Shown: positions 1 to 9,835, numbered from the stretch's first letter. The stretch: DNA of 64,000 nt from an uncultured Methanosarcinales archaeon (GCA_964572035.1 CAZNDX010000002.1:144056-208055), one strand, 5' to 3'. Numbers and translations: made by a program. Notes: a model not told the origin generated them from the sequence alone.

Positions 1-50
1 AAAGAATAACAAGAACACTCATCGAAAATCCCGAAGGTCTCCAAAGATTA

Positions 51-314
51 ATGGAAAAAAGACTTCACCAGCCATTAAAACTAAACAAGGCGGCGCTTCA
101 CGAATTCCAGGAACAAACAAGACACATCAAAATCATAAGAAGCATAGAACTAATCACAATCGCATTTGAACTAGGACTATTGAACGACCTCGTGGTAAGC
201 ATACCAAACGCCCGACGAGAACTCCTTGAAAGCGCGCTCTGGGGAGCCAAAATGAACGGATGCTCAGTATCAGAAGAAGAAATAAACAAAATAGTAAAAA
301 TGCAAAAAATTTGA
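51..314 (+). CDS. hypothetical small protein (frame is open to the window edge, so possibly N-terminally truncated)
   Basis: 87-aa ORF; no recognisable motif. Confidence 0.3.
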   Translation: MEKRLHQPLKLNKAALHEFQEQTRHIKIIRSIELITIAFELGLLNDLVVSIPNARRELLESALWGAKMNGCSVSEEEINKIVKMQKI

Positions 315-433
315 ATACATACGAAAATTTTATAAGCAAGTTCTTATTAGAAAGTTAAATCAAACCAAGAGGACACAAAAGAAAAAAAGATGATTGATTT
401 CTCACCTTTTTCTGCCCTCTTAGAGGTACCAAA

Positions 434-1102
434 ATGACAGAACCACCCGAAAGACCCATAGTTCCACTGCCAAACAGTCTAGTCATCGCTAACCCAATAC
501 CATACGAATTCTACAGGACCATAGGAATCGGTCAAAGCCCATACCAGCAACACGCCGGAAGCTACCACGACGCAATGCGAAACGCAAGAGTAGAACTCGG
601 CAACATCATAGCGTACACCAGCATACTCCCATCAATCGCGAAAGAAATTCCAATACAACAAGGGGCCGCCCGAATAAGACACGGTTCAGAACTAAAAGTA
701 ATCCAAGCGGCAGCCCACGTTGACCTTGAAAAAGGAGAAAAAGCAGCAACCGCGGCAATTCTTTATGGCTGGCTAATACCAAAAAACAAAAGAAACGCCA
801 AACACGCCGGAGGACTCGTCTGCGAATACAACGGAACAGGATCTGAGAAAGACGCAATAGACAATCTGCGCGCCTGTCTAAATGACCTTTATCAAAAACC
901 AAACCCTGACGGATACAGCTTCTCAAAAGAATACAAGCTGAAAATAGACGAGCCGCTCGTCGCGAGAATTGAGCCAACAGTAAGATACGGAACAGCGCTC
1001 GCTGCCCTCGCGTTCGTTAGCTTCGTCGTTCCAGTAATCAACCACAACGTAAAAGGACTTTCTCAGAATCTTGAAGAAATAGTGGTTGAAAAAATACAAT
1101 AA
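434..1102 (+). CDS. pdaD: pyruvoyl-dependent arginine decarboxylase-like protein (PdaD family) with short C-terminal hydrophobic extension
   Basis: Residue patterns resemble PdaD: a ...AYTSILPSI... segment aligns to the conserved ...ISSIMPP... serine-containing self-cleavage region; HAGGLVCEYNG aligns to CGLIMEYEG and VRYGTALAALAF to GCAFAAAALW; assignment from memory of the family, not a search. Confidence 0.55.
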   Translation: MTEPPERPIVPLPNSLVIANPIPYEFYRTIGIGQSPYQQHAGSYHDAMRNARVELGNIIAYTSILPSIAKEIPIQQGAARIRHGSELKVIQAAAHVDLEKGEKAATAAILYGWLIPKNKRNAKHAGGLVCEYNGTGSEKDAIDNLRACLNDLYQKPNPDGYSFSKEYKLKIDEPLVARIEPTVRYGTALAALAFVSFVVPVINHNVKGLSQNLEEIVVEKIQ

Positions 1103-1110
1103 AAAAGATT

Positions 1111-1320
1111 TTATTTTTTACTTTTCTTCTTGAAGAACAGCAAGTAGATTATAGGCAAAATTCCCGCAGTATTGAATATTATCAGGACAACGTACCACGC
1201 AAGCTGTTTACCTCTAGCTGAGTGCCAAAGCGCGAAAGCCTTCAACACAAGCTCAAAAATGCCTATGACTGCGAACAGCCAAAAATACTGGATATACCAA
1301 GCTGGAATTTCTATCATCAT
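1111..1320 (-). CDS. small two-TM membrane protein of the type common in small-genome archaea/CPR
   Basis: 69 aa, two hydrophobic helices, ends in KKKSKK; W..ARGKQLAWYVVLIIFNTAGILPIIYLLFF resembles a recurrent small membrane protein family. Confidence 0.5.
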   Translation of the reverse strand: MMIEIPAWYIQYFWLFAVIGIFELVLKAFALWHSARGKQLAWYVVLIIFNTAGILPIIYLLFFKKKSKK

Positions 1321-1406
1321 TGTTCATACACCTCACAATTTATTCTCAACCAATGGTATAAAAACTTTGCCAAACTTTTAAGAATGATTACATTTGCCAA
1401 ACTTAT

Positions 1407-1799
1407 ATGGATATAGAAAAACTGGAAAAAACAGTCAAAGAAGAATTCGCGAAATTCTCACTTTTCAACGAAAAACAGCCATTGAACGTTTACAAAAACC
1501 ACGATGGGCAAATCTTCATAGACTATCAAACCGCAGGACCATTCGGGCACCATAAGTCAGAAGGGGTCAGCGTAACTTTTGTCATCGCAGGAGATATGGG
1601 AGCGCTCAATTATTTCTTTGTAAAAGAAGACCAGCGAAACAAAGGATACGGAAAGGAACTTGTTGAAATCGCGGAAAACATATTTAAAAAAGCGGGATGC
1701 ACATATTCCGAGGCGAAATCAGACAAAGAATTCGCTCCATTTCTGAGAAAATTCGGATATTCTGAGGAAGAACAAGGGTTCTACAGAAAACGCTGGTAG
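1407..1799 (+). CDS. GNAT-family N-acetyltransferase-like protein
   Basis: 130 aa; QRNKGYGKELV resembles the acetyl-CoA binding Q/RxxGxG/A motif of GNAT enzymes. Confidence 0.5.
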   Translation: MDIEKLEKTVKEEFAKFSLFNEKQPLNVYKNHDGQIFIDYQTAGPFGHHKSEGVSVTFVIAGDMGALNYFFVKEDQRNKGYGKELVEIAENIFKKAGCTYSEAKSDKEFAPFLRKFGYSEEEQGFYRKRW

Positions 1800-1837
1800 C
1801 ACAAGTATTATAAACCCTTTTTTTAGACGATTTTTCT

Positions 1838-2293
1838 ATGGCACAAAAGGTAAAGAAAGGCGACCACGTAACGGTCGAATACACCGGTACACTTGAAGAC
1901 GGAACTGAATTTGACAGCTCCAAAAACCACGGACCACTTGAATTTCACGCCGGAGTCGGCCAAATGATAAAAGGATTTGATGACGCCGTAATGGGAATGG
2001 AAGTTGGACAGGAAAAAACAGTCACAATACCCGCTGACGAAGCTTACGGACAACCAGACAAACGACTTGTTCACAAAGTACCAAGAGAATCGCTTCCAGA
2101 AGGACCAACACCTGAAGTTGACATGATGCTCACAGTAAATTTGCCGGACGGCAACCAAATACCTGCAAGAATAGTGGAAGTTAGTGAAAAAGAGGTAACA
2201 TTAGACTTAAACCACCCTCTCGCTGGAAAAGCGCTGACCTTTAAAATAAAGGTTTTAGACGCCCACAGCCACGAACATGGCCACGAACACTAA
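1838..2293 (+). CDS. FKBP-type peptidyl-prolyl cis-trans isomerase (SlyD-like, His-rich C-terminus)
   Basis: KGDHVTVEYTGTLEDGTEFDSS...GVGQMIKGFDDAVMGMEVG is a typical FKBP domain; C-terminal HSHEHGHEH metal-binding tail as in SlyD. Confidence 0.9.
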   Translation: MAQKVKKGDHVTVEYTGTLEDGTEFDSSKNHGPLEFHAGVGQMIKGFDDAVMGMEVGQEKTVTIPADEAYGQPDKRLVHKVPRESLPEGPTPEVDMMLTVNLPDGNQIPARIVEVSEKEVTLDLNHPLAGKALTFKIKVLDAHSHEHGHEH

Positions 2294-2915
2294 ACTTGAA
2301 ACGATAATAAAGGGAGCCGCAAAAGGAAATTCGTTTGTTCTTTCTCTTGATTCCTACACTAAAATCAATTATGAGAAAAACGGAAATGCAAGGCTTTTCG
2401 CGACGACGGTTCGCGGGGTTGAGATTCCACTGACAATGCCGATAGATCCAAGAGATCAACGACTTGAACACGATAAACAATCTAGTTTTTTGGACTCGTT
2501 GTACGTTGCAAGGGAATCATCTGGAAAACAGCTTGAATGGGCGCTCCGCTTTGGAGAATACACAAAAGATAAATCGATAATTCATACTTTGCTCAACTTT
2601 TTCACGCTCGGAAGCATCTCAAACAGGGAAAATGAGGTCCTTGACTCGATGGCGAAGTCATACCTCGCATGGTCAATGATAAACGAAACAGCGGAGACAT
2701 TGGCGCGAATTCCACAAATCGCCAAATTCTCGGAATTTTATGAGGAAATAACAAAAATATCAAAACCAATAGCCAAGAAAATGCACGCCGACTATTTGCA
2801 AATATCTTCGATGAAAGGCTTTGCCGACTCTGTTTACAAAGGAGATTTAGATATGTATAAAGTAAGCCTTCTTTTAGCAGCGAGAGAAAAGAAAAAAACA
2901 CAAATGCTCAAATAA
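2277..2915 (+). CDS. hypothetical protein
   Basis: 212-aa ORF overlapping the FKBP 3' end by 17 nt; no recognisable motif. Confidence 0.45.
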   Translation: MATNTKLETIIKGAAKGNSFVLSLDSYTKINYEKNGNARLFATTVRGVEIPLTMPIDPRDQRLEHDKQSSFLDSLYVARESSGKQLEWALRFGEYTKDKSIIHTLLNFFTLGSISNRENEVLDSMAKSYLAWSMINETAETLARIPQIAKFSEFYEEITKISKPIAKKMHADYLQISSMKGFADSVYKGDLDMYKVSLLLAAREKKKTQMLK

Positions 2916-3622
2916 TTATTTTCTTTTTCGAGCCAGATATTTTATTTTGTCGTGCTCTTTTTTGAGCAGCGCAGTCATCTCATATTCTTCAGATTTTATA
3001 GTCATCATCTGGTACATGATGTTTAACACCAAGTCCTCATTTTCTTCCTTCAACGCCATATACATTTCTTTGATTTGGTTGGGATGCGGATACCCTTTCA
3101 TTAATGAATAAAAGTCGTGTCTTATTTTTTTGAGCTTTTTTTCATCCTTTATTATTAACGCTTCCTTCACTGGAAAAATAAAATTGTACAAAGCAATTGC
3201 GCAGAAGCTTTTTGGAGAAATATTCTCAAAACTCATATATCTCCCAAGATGAATAGAGTCGATTATCTGCATTTCAAGACATTGAACGTAATCTTTTGTC
3301 GCTCGTTTTACACATTCTCTTGACAAAGATTCATCAAAAGTGTCGCCTGCATAAACTAAATCCTCCTCTGCGCCCAGTATTTTCAAGAGGTCGAGCGCGC
3401 TATCTGTGCGAAAATCCTGCATTGTAGGAGTGGGATTTTTGTTCCAAATCTCAAGAGCTGCATTTGTGACTATGGCTGAAAGAGGAAAATTTGGAGATAT
3501 TCTTGTCGCGACGGCAGAGCGTTTCCAGTTTTTCTCTCCCTTTGTTGAAAAAATAAGCGCGCTGCCCCTCAGTTCGTGAATACTTCCATTTAAAACTTCA
3601 AATATTGCGTTATCACTCATAA
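2916..3622 (-). CDS. hypothetical protein (start chosen at MSDNAIF; longer ORF to 3809 would overlap dys)
   Basis: The ORF-track start at 3809 overlaps the convergent DHS gene by about 140 nt; the internal ATG at 3622 avoids this. Confidence 0.45.
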
Positions 3623-3669
3623 GTAAAATCCTTAAAAAAGAGTTTATAAGAGTTTTGACACAAATGTGT

Positions 3670-4662
3670 CTATTTATTGAATGCCTTAGCGACGATAAGT
3701 GGGAACAAAATGGTCGCGTCGCCAAACACCTTAACAGAACGAGATTTTGGAATAAGCTTTCCCCAGCTAACAGCTTCTTCAGGTCTCGCGCCGCTGTCAG
3801 AGCCGTCAAACTCCTGCGCAGTGTTAATGTAAACTGCGAAATCCGCGCCGTTGCGCATCATATTCGTGTTTAGAATGTGGTGCTTAACAACACCCGCTCC
3901 CAAAATAATAACTCCTGTCTTTTTCGCGCTGAAAGTAATGTCGTTCAATTTTTTCATGTCACGAACAACATCAATCTTGAACTCTTTGTTCTTGAAGCCA
4001 GAAAAGTAAAGCATATCACCCATACTGCCGTCAGTAATCGCGGGACAGAAAACAGGAATTTTGTTCTTATGCGCCCAGTAATAAATCGATTCCTTGTTGT
4101 TTATTTCTCTTCCAAGCCTGTCAACAAACTCAGAAGGAGTAATGATTTCTCCTGTTTTCTTTTGCTCTTCGTTTAACTTGTTAAGAATCGGAGTGAGCCA
4201 GTCCTCAAAACGGCAGTAACGACTGTTTGGAACAAAAATATTACCGGTGCGGTTAATTCCTTTCTCTCTTAACATTTCGCCGTTCGCGTCAAAACTGCCA
4301 AGCAAAAAAGGATCAATGCATTTTATGATGTCCTCTTCAACACCGCCCGCGGTTGTGACAACAACGTCAACCATCTTGTGCTCAACCAAGTAGCGGAAAA
4401 TATCTCTCAAACCAGAAGTAACCATGTTTGAAGTGTAGCCGAGGTAGATAGTCGCGTTAGCCTTTCTCATTTCTTTTATGATTTCAACAGCCTGCGCGAA
4501 ATGAGTCGCCTGAAAACCAGTTGTAAAATAAGAATCGAGAATTTTATCGTAGTTCACGCCCTTGTTAAAATCATAGCCCTGAATCTTCGTAGAGTTTTTT
4601 GGCTCTTCAGATTCCCTGAGGACATTACTGTGACCTTTCTTCTTATTGTCTCCACCCTTCAT
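3670..4662 (-). CDS. dys: deoxyhypusine synthase
   Basis: GYDFNKGVNYDKILDSYFTTGFQATHFAQA..., NAD-binding TTAGGVEEDIIKC and C-terminal GAGVVKHHI... are hallmark DHS segments. Confidence 0.9.
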   Translation of the reverse strand: MKGGDNKKKGHSNVLRESEEPKNSTKIQGYDFNKGVNYDKILDSYFTTGFQATHFAQAVEIIKEMRKANATIYLGYTSNMVTSGLRDIFRYLVEHKMVDVVVTTAGGVEEDIIKCIDPFLLGSFDANGEMLREKGINRTGNIFVPNSRYCRFEDWLTPILNKLNEEQKKTGEIITPSEFVDRLGREINNKESIYYWAHKNKIPVFCPAITDGSMGDMLYFSGFKNKEFKIDVVRDMKKLNDITFSAKKTGVIILGAGVVKHHILNTNMMRNGADFAVYINTAQEFDGSDSGARPEEAVSWGKLIPKSRSVKVFGDATILFPLIVAKAFNK

Positions 4663-5069
4663 ACAAGAAAAAGCATAGTCTACAGTATATAAATGTAGCG
4701 ACTTTTAGATTTTAAACTAAAACAAAAAAATCCCGAGAAAGGCGGCCGCCAGTCTCAGCAATCAAAGGTTCCATCGGCGTGGATTTGAAGCTCTTCCACC
4801 TCAAGAGGCGAGAGTTCATCAAGCTCCTCAGCAGTGTAGAGCTTTCCGCGCCAATCTCTAAACAACAAGGTCACGGTTTCCCCCCAGGTAATCCGCAAAC
4901 CAATCATCTGTTTCCCACGTTTGCATAGATTTCACCCCAACAGGAATATATGTAATACAATGATATAATATTATGGCTTGAAAATTATATAAATTACTGA
5001 AAAATTTCCGGATTGACACAGGTGTGTCAAAACGTACTTTTTGTCACCACTATATAGTAATATTTATAA

Positions 5070-6560
5070 ATGGGCAGAAGTTTTATTCACGATATGGCGC
5101 TGGAAGAACTTACGGAAGTTTTAGGAAGAGAATATCGCTTCAAGCCGCACCATTCAACAAAATTAATTGAGTTCATTCAAAATACTGAGTCTCTGGCGGA
5201 CAGCGAGTTCAGATTCGGCTTTCACGTCTGCAGGGCAAGCGCTGAAAAATTTGTTTTGAAACAAATGCCCTCAAACCAACTTGAAAAATTGCTTCAATTC
5301 CACCAAGAAACACTTCCAAGAATAATGTTAAACGGACACGAAATGGGCTACAAAAGAGCGTCAACAATACACCAGGGAATCGCGAACATCTACTCAAAAA
5401 TGTTTGACAGAGATTCAAACCCTGATCATCTTGAAAAAGCAATTGAGCACAGCGTTAAATCGATGGAATACTCAAAATCAGAAGCTCACGAGTCTTACAC
5501 CTGCGGATTTATCGGCGAATACGCGAGAAAAATATTCCAGCAAACAAAAAACCTGCCATTTTCCGAGAAATCAATTGAAGCGTACCAGAAATCAAGAGAC
5601 TTATCCGTAAATGATTCTCACAGAGCGCACTGCTTGTCATACATGGGAGACATCTTTAGAGACAGATACGAAATAACAAAAGCGCTTTTCGACGCAGACA
5701 AAGCAATCAACAATTACATTAACAGCGCAGAGGAAATCAAAAAAATAAAACCAGCGCAGACATTTCACAACCTCTCATTCGCCGCTGACGTAGCGTTCTC
5801 AGTTTTCGCGAATACTGAAAACTTGAATTATCTTAAAAAATCACACTCTTTGTACCATATGGCACTAAGGGAATGCAAACAAGAAGAAAAAAGCGCTTAT
5901 GCCCGCATAAACATTCTTCGCGGCGCGTCAAAACTTTACGACAGACTACATGCGCCATCATTCGTGCAGGAGGCGTTTCATCAAACAATTCAAGCCATAC
6001 AACATAATTTAACCCCTAGATCAGAAACCTACATAATCGCCGTACTCTCAGACCTTTGCGTAAAACTTCCTCCGGACTTCGTTATATTACAAGACAACCT
6101 GCAAAAATTAGCGCCATTCGCGCAAAAATTTCCAGGAGACCATAGAGCTCATGTCCTTCTGTCAAGCATTTACAGAAACAAGTTCGCGCAAACAAAAAAT
6201 CCTGACGACGCGAACATAACATTTGAATCCCTTGACAAAGCGATAGAGACCGCCAACGACGAAAGACAAAAAGCGTTTAACAGTTCGTGGGCGGGAAGAA
6301 CAACGTACAACATATACACGACAACCAAAAATATTGACCACTTAGTGAAGGCTTATGACTATCACGAAAACGCGAGCGCAATAGCTGAGAAATCGCAATT
6401 TTACGCAGGACTCTGTGCTCAAGAACTTTATGACATAACTAAAGACGAGCAATGGAAAAACAAAGCGCTAAGCAAATACGTTCAATATTTAAACTCCAGT
6501 TCGCCAGACTTCAATAAGGCGAACAACGCAAAAGAACACATACAAGAGCTAACAGAATGA
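5070..6560 (+). CDS. large alpha-helical (TPR-like repeat) hypothetical protein
   Basis: 496 aa, repetitive helical hairpin-like segments rich in A/Y/K; 4-bp ATGA overlap with the next ORF. Confidence 0.55.
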   Translation: MGRSFIHDMALEELTEVLGREYRFKPHHSTKLIEFIQNTESLADSEFRFGFHVCRASAEKFVLKQMPSNQLEKLLQFHQETLPRIMLNGHEMGYKRASTIHQGIANIYSKMFDRDSNPDHLEKAIEHSVKSMEYSKSEAHESYTCGFIGEYARKIFQQTKNLPFSEKSIEAYQKSRDLSVNDSHRAHCLSYMGDIFRDRYEITKALFDADKAINNYINSAEEIKKIKPAQTFHNLSFAADVAFSVFANTENLNYLKKSHSLYHMALRECKQEEKSAYARINILRGASKLYDRLHAPSFVQEAFHQTIQAIQHNLTPRSETYIIAVLSDLCVKLPPDFVILQDNLQKLAPFAQKFPGDHRAHVLLSSIYRNKFAQTKNPDDANITFESLDKAIETANDERQKAFNSSWAGRTTYNIYTTTKNIDHLVKAYDYHENASAIAEKSQFYAGLCAQELYDITKDEQWKNKALSKYVQYLNSSSPDFNKANNAKEHIQELTE

Positions 6561-6841
6561 TAACCTACCAGCAAAGATGCGGAAGATGCAAGAAAAACTT
6601 CGTCATGGTAAGCAGAGGAGCTCAGTTTGTAACCTGCTATCCCTGCCAAAAGGCCGAGATGAGCGGCGAAATAAAAGACGCGGCGATGAAAAAAATGTTC
6701 AACATACCTGAAGAACTGTACATGAAAAACGCGTTCCTGCGCGACATAAAAATAAAATATCTGAGATTTGGAAGCCTTAGCGACAAACAAATAGAGACGT
6801 TCAAAAAAGTCGCCAAAGAATTAACTGAAGGAAAAAAATGA
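6557..6841 (+). CDS. small zinc-ribbon protein
   Basis: CGRCKKNF...CYPCQK provides a CxxC...CxxC ribbon; translationally coupled (ATGA) to the upstream and downstream ORFs. Confidence 0.5.
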   Translation: MITYQQRCGRCKKNFVMVSRGAQFVTCYPCQKAEMSGEIKDAAMKKMFNIPEELYMKNAFLRDIKIKYLRFGSLSDKQIETFKKVAKELTEGKK

Positions 6842-7053
6842 GCCTTGAGCAAACAATCCACTTTCTGACAAAAGGCGAAATAAACGAAGCTCTAAAAATA
6901 ATGAAAAAAGACGCGAAAGAGTTCAAAAACACCGCAGGAATAGAGTTTTACAACGCGTTCAAATACTTATTCCACCCGAACGCGCCGTACAAAGAAAACT
7001 TCCCTGAAATAGCCAAACTTTATTACGAAATTCTTCTATTGCCATACAAATAA
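6838..7053 (+). CDS. hypothetical small protein
   Basis: 71 aa; ATGA-coupled to preceding ORF. Confidence 0.4.
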   Translation: MSLEQTIHFLTKGEINEALKIMKKDAKEFKNTAGIEFYNAFKYLFHPNAPYKENFPEIAKLYYEILLLPYK

Positions 7054-7083
7054 TTTTTAAATCAACAAACAAAACTTTCTCAA

Positions 7084-7464
7084 ATGCGCATACCAAAAAA
7101 ATACGGACAATCACAAATAGCCAAATGTCCATTCTGCGGAATGATGAGCACAACAGTGAACGCTCAGAAGATTCCTACATGCGTAAAACACAAAGAAAGC
7201 TCACTCGATAACATGAAATGCGCCTGCGGCGGATATCTTGACTTAAAACACGGCAAATTCGGACCGTTTTTTACTTGCTTCAAGTGCGGAATTGTCAATA
7301 TGCGTAAAGCGCTTGACGTCAATTCTGGACAGTATAACGTTCAAGGTGTTAAAACACAAATAACTGCGGCAAAAACGCAAACAACTCAAACATCTTCTCA
7401 AACACAGCCAAAAACAGAGAAAAAAGAATTCAAATCAACCCTGCGATGGGAGGATATGGTTTAG
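7084..7464 (+). CDS. stand-alone topoisomerase-type C4 zinc-ribbon protein with Thr/Gln-rich tail
   Basis: CPFCG...C..H and CACGGYLDLKHGKFGPFFTCFKCG match the topoisomerase I-type Zn-ribbon pattern (C-x2-C...GRFG.F.gC..yP.C). Confidence 0.5.
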   Translation: MRIPKKYGQSQIAKCPFCGMMSTTVNAQKIPTCVKHKESSLDNMKCACGGYLDLKHGKFGPFFTCFKCGIVNMRKALDVNSGQYNVQGVKTQITAAKTQTTQTSSQTQPKTEKKEFKSTLRWEDMV

Positions 7465-7949
7465 TTCTCAGTCAAAAGCTCAATAATATTCTGCTTCAAC
7501 CTAAGCTCCCTGACCTTGCCGTGGGGAACAATCTCAATAAGATTTCTTGACTGCAAGTCCTGCACAACACGGTGCGCCTTAACCCTTGACATTCCCTGAA
7601 GACGGGAAACATCCGCCTGGGTCGCAAGACCATTCTTCTTAATCAAAAACTCAACAACCTGGCGCTCGGCAGGCTCCATAAACTGCAAGGCGGCGTTCAA
7701 ATATTCTTTTGACTCCTTTCGCTGTTTTTTCAGCTCACTCGCAAGCACTTGAGACCACACAAAGCCAAAGATTAGAGCCACAAAAATGGAAACAAGCATA
7801 ACAATCGTATGATTTCTCACAAAAAACAGCAATAAGGGAGAACTGATTGAGCCAGGATTATAGGTGGCCATTGATATAATTAAAGCGAAAACAAACAGCA
7901 CTGCCCACATCAAAAAACCCCAATTCTTATACCAGCGCATAGCGGTCAT
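7461..7949 (-). CDS. membrane-anchored winged-helix (MarR/TrmB-like) transcription regulator
   Basis: Two N-terminal TM helices followed by ...VVEFLIKKNGLATQADVSRLQGMSRVKAHRVVQDLQSRNLIEIV, a typical wHTH segment. Confidence 0.6.
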   Translation of the reverse strand: MTAMRWYKNWGFLMWAVLFVFALIISMATYNPGSISSPLLLFFVRNHTIVMLVSIFVALIFGFVWSQVLASELKKQRKESKEYLNAALQFMEPAERQVVEFLIKKNGLATQADVSRLQGMSRVKAHRVVQDLQSRNLIEIVPHGKVRELRLKQNIIELLTEN

Positions 7950-7983
7950 ACACCGACGGATTGTTACAGGACTATTTAAATAT

Positions 7984-8002
7984 TGTTTCAGCTATTGAAA
8001 CA
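7984..8002. promoter_or_regulatory. perfect inverted repeat TGTTTCA-N5-TGAAACA just downstream of a TTTAAATA TATA-like box (7975-7982) in the divergent regulator/MCO intergenic region
   Basis: Read directly; position overlaps the expected TSS of the MCO gene (start 8006). Confidence 0.45.
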
Positions 8003-8005
8003 ACC

Positions 8006-9835
8006 ATGAAACACATAATACTGGCAATAACACTTGCAGCACTCTTGGTTGGATGCGCGCAAACAGGTCAAAATATGCCTCAAATAAACGGAGGAGTGCA
8101 GGAGATTACCATAAAAGTAGTCGGACCAGAATTCGTGCCTTCTGACATAACAGTAACCAAAGGAGTGCCTGTAAGGCTAAATGTTGACGGAAGCAAGGCG
8201 GTAGGCTGTATGGTGTACTTCACAATACCTTCCCAAAACATAAATGTTGAACTAAAAAAAGGCGACAACTATTTTGAATTCACGCCTGAGGAAACAGGAA
8301 ACATACCATTCAGCTGCGGAATGAACATGGCAAGAGGAGTTATAAGAGTGGTTGAGGGGCCAGCGCCGCAGACAAATCAAGAAAAAACAGAACTCTCGCA
8401 AACTGAAGAAGACTTAAGTTCGCTGTCACTCGCGGCAGGACCAACAACAATTGACCTAAAAGACGGGCAGACATACAAACTTGAGGCAAGAGAAGTCAAA
8501 CAAACAATAAACGGCAAAGAACAAAAAGCGTACTCTTACAACGGACACATACCTGGACCAATCATTAGCGCAAAAAAGGGAAGCACACTCACAATACCAT
8601 TCACAAACAGCCTGAAAGAAAACACAACAATACACTGGCACGGACTCAGACACGACATAAAAATGGACGGAGTCCCAGACGTCTCACAATACGAAGTCGC
8701 TCCAGGACAAACATTTACTTACACAATAAAACTGCCTGACGCGGGAACATTCTGGTACCACCCGCACGTCCGCGAAGACAAACAACAAGACATGGGGCTC
8801 GCAGGAGTAATAATAGTTACGGACGGCGAAGCGCCAGTCAATAAAGAAGAAATTATTGTACTTGATGACATGCTAATTGAAAACGGAAAAAATGTTCCAT
8901 ACCCAACCGACGCGGCGAATTTCGCCATAATGGGAAGATTCGGAAACACAATGCTCGTCAACGGAAAAACGGACTATACGCTCCGGGTAAGCAAAGGAGA
9001 CGTTATCCGATTTACTCTGGTAAACGTCGCGAACGTAAGACCATTCAACATAAGCTTTAGCGGAGCACAAATGAAATTGGTCGGCACGGACATGAGCGAA
9101 TACGAAAGACAGGAATCGGTTGACAGCATAATAATATCTCCTGCTGAAAGGTACACAATAGATGTATTCTTTGACATAGAAGGAGAACACTTCATTGAAA
9201 ATAATAATCCTTTAATGTCGTATAGATTGGGAAAAATAGTTGTTCAAAACGCGCCAACAGCGCAAGATTATTCAAAGGAGTTTGAAGTTCTCAAAACAAA
9301 CACTCATATCTTATCAGACATAGCTCAATTCTCAAAAGAATACGACAGACAGCCGGACTACACTCTAAAACTTGACATAGACATGCCTGGAATGACAAAC
9401 ATGGCGCATTTGATGGAAGGCCACGAAATAGAATGGGAAGACACTATGTTTGAAATGAACAAAAAATTCACTTCAAAAGACCTAACCTGGTTTATATCTG
9501 ATGAAAAAGGAAATAAAAATATGGATTTCATGATGAACGCGAAAGTCGGGGACGTCATAAAAATCCGCCTTGTAAATAACGCTGAAAGCATGCATCCAAT
9601 GCAGCATCCAATACACCTCCACGGACAACGATTCATAGTCACGCACATCGACGGAAAACCAACAAACAACAAGGCATGGAAGGACACAACGTTGGTGCCA
9701 ATAGGAAGCACAGTCGACATACTTGTAGACGTAACAAACCCCGGCGAATGGATGATGCACTGCCACATCGCGGAACACTTAACATCAGGAATGATGACAT
9801 CGCTAATGGTATCTGAAAATGACGAACACACCTGA
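8006..9835 (+). CDS. multicopper oxidase (laccase/CueO-like) lipoprotein with N-terminal cupredoxin-like domain
   Basis: HWHGLRH, WYHPH, HPIHLHG and HCHIAEH copper-ligand motifs; N-terminal LLVGCAQ lipobox-like signal; N-terminal ~100 aa with C...CGMNM resembles a single cupredoxin domain; start moved to MKHIIL (8006). Confidence 0.9.
   Translation: MKHIILAITLAALLVGCAQTGQNMPQINGGVQEITIKVVGPEFVPSDITVTKGVPVRLNVDGSKAVGCMVYFTIPSQNINVELKKGDNYFEFTPEETGNIPFSCGMNMARGVIRVVEGPAPQTNQEKTELSQTEEDLSSLSLAAGPTTIDLKDGQTYKLEAREVKQTINGKEQKAYSYNGHIPGPIISAKKGSTLTIPFTNSLKENTTIHWHGLRHDIKMDGVPDVSQYEVAPGQTFTYTIKLPDAGTFWYHPHVREDKQQDMGLAGVIIVTDGEAPVNKEEIIVLDDMLIENGKNVPYPTDAANFAIMGRFGNTMLVNGKTDYTLRVSKGDVIRFTLVNVANVRPFNISFSGAQMKLVGTDMSEYERQESVDSIIISPAERYTIDVFFDIEGEHFIENNNPLMSYRLGKIVVQNAPTAQDYSKEFEVLKTNTHILSDIAQFSKEYDRQPDYTLKLDIDMPGMTNMAHLMEGHEIEWEDTMFEMNKKFTSKDLTWFISDEKGNKNMDFMMNAKVGDVIKIRLVNNAESMHPMQHPIHLHGQRFIVTHIDGKPTNNKAWKDTTLVPIGSTVDILVDVTNPGEWMMHCHIAEHLTSGMMTSLMVSENDEHT

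Noticed and set aside
315-433. Short palindrome CCTCT-T-AGAGG upstream of the PdaD-like gene
   Set aside because: Only 5-bp arms overlapping a KpnI-like GGTACC; too short to call a regulatory site without conservation.
98-977. Antisense/alternate-frame ORFs overlapping annotated CDSs (98-289 and 154-339 on the minus strand against the first ORF; 606-977 on the minus strand inside the PdaD-like gene)
   Set aside because: They lie inside better-supported, motif-bearing frames; their compositions (Arg/Leu/Cys-rich) are typical of out-of-frame translation.
3623-3809. Longer start (3809) for the minus-strand hypothetical gene 2916-3809
   Set aside because: Would overlap the convergent deoxyhypusine synthase gene by ~140 nt; the internal ATG at 3622 gives a non-overlapping gene.
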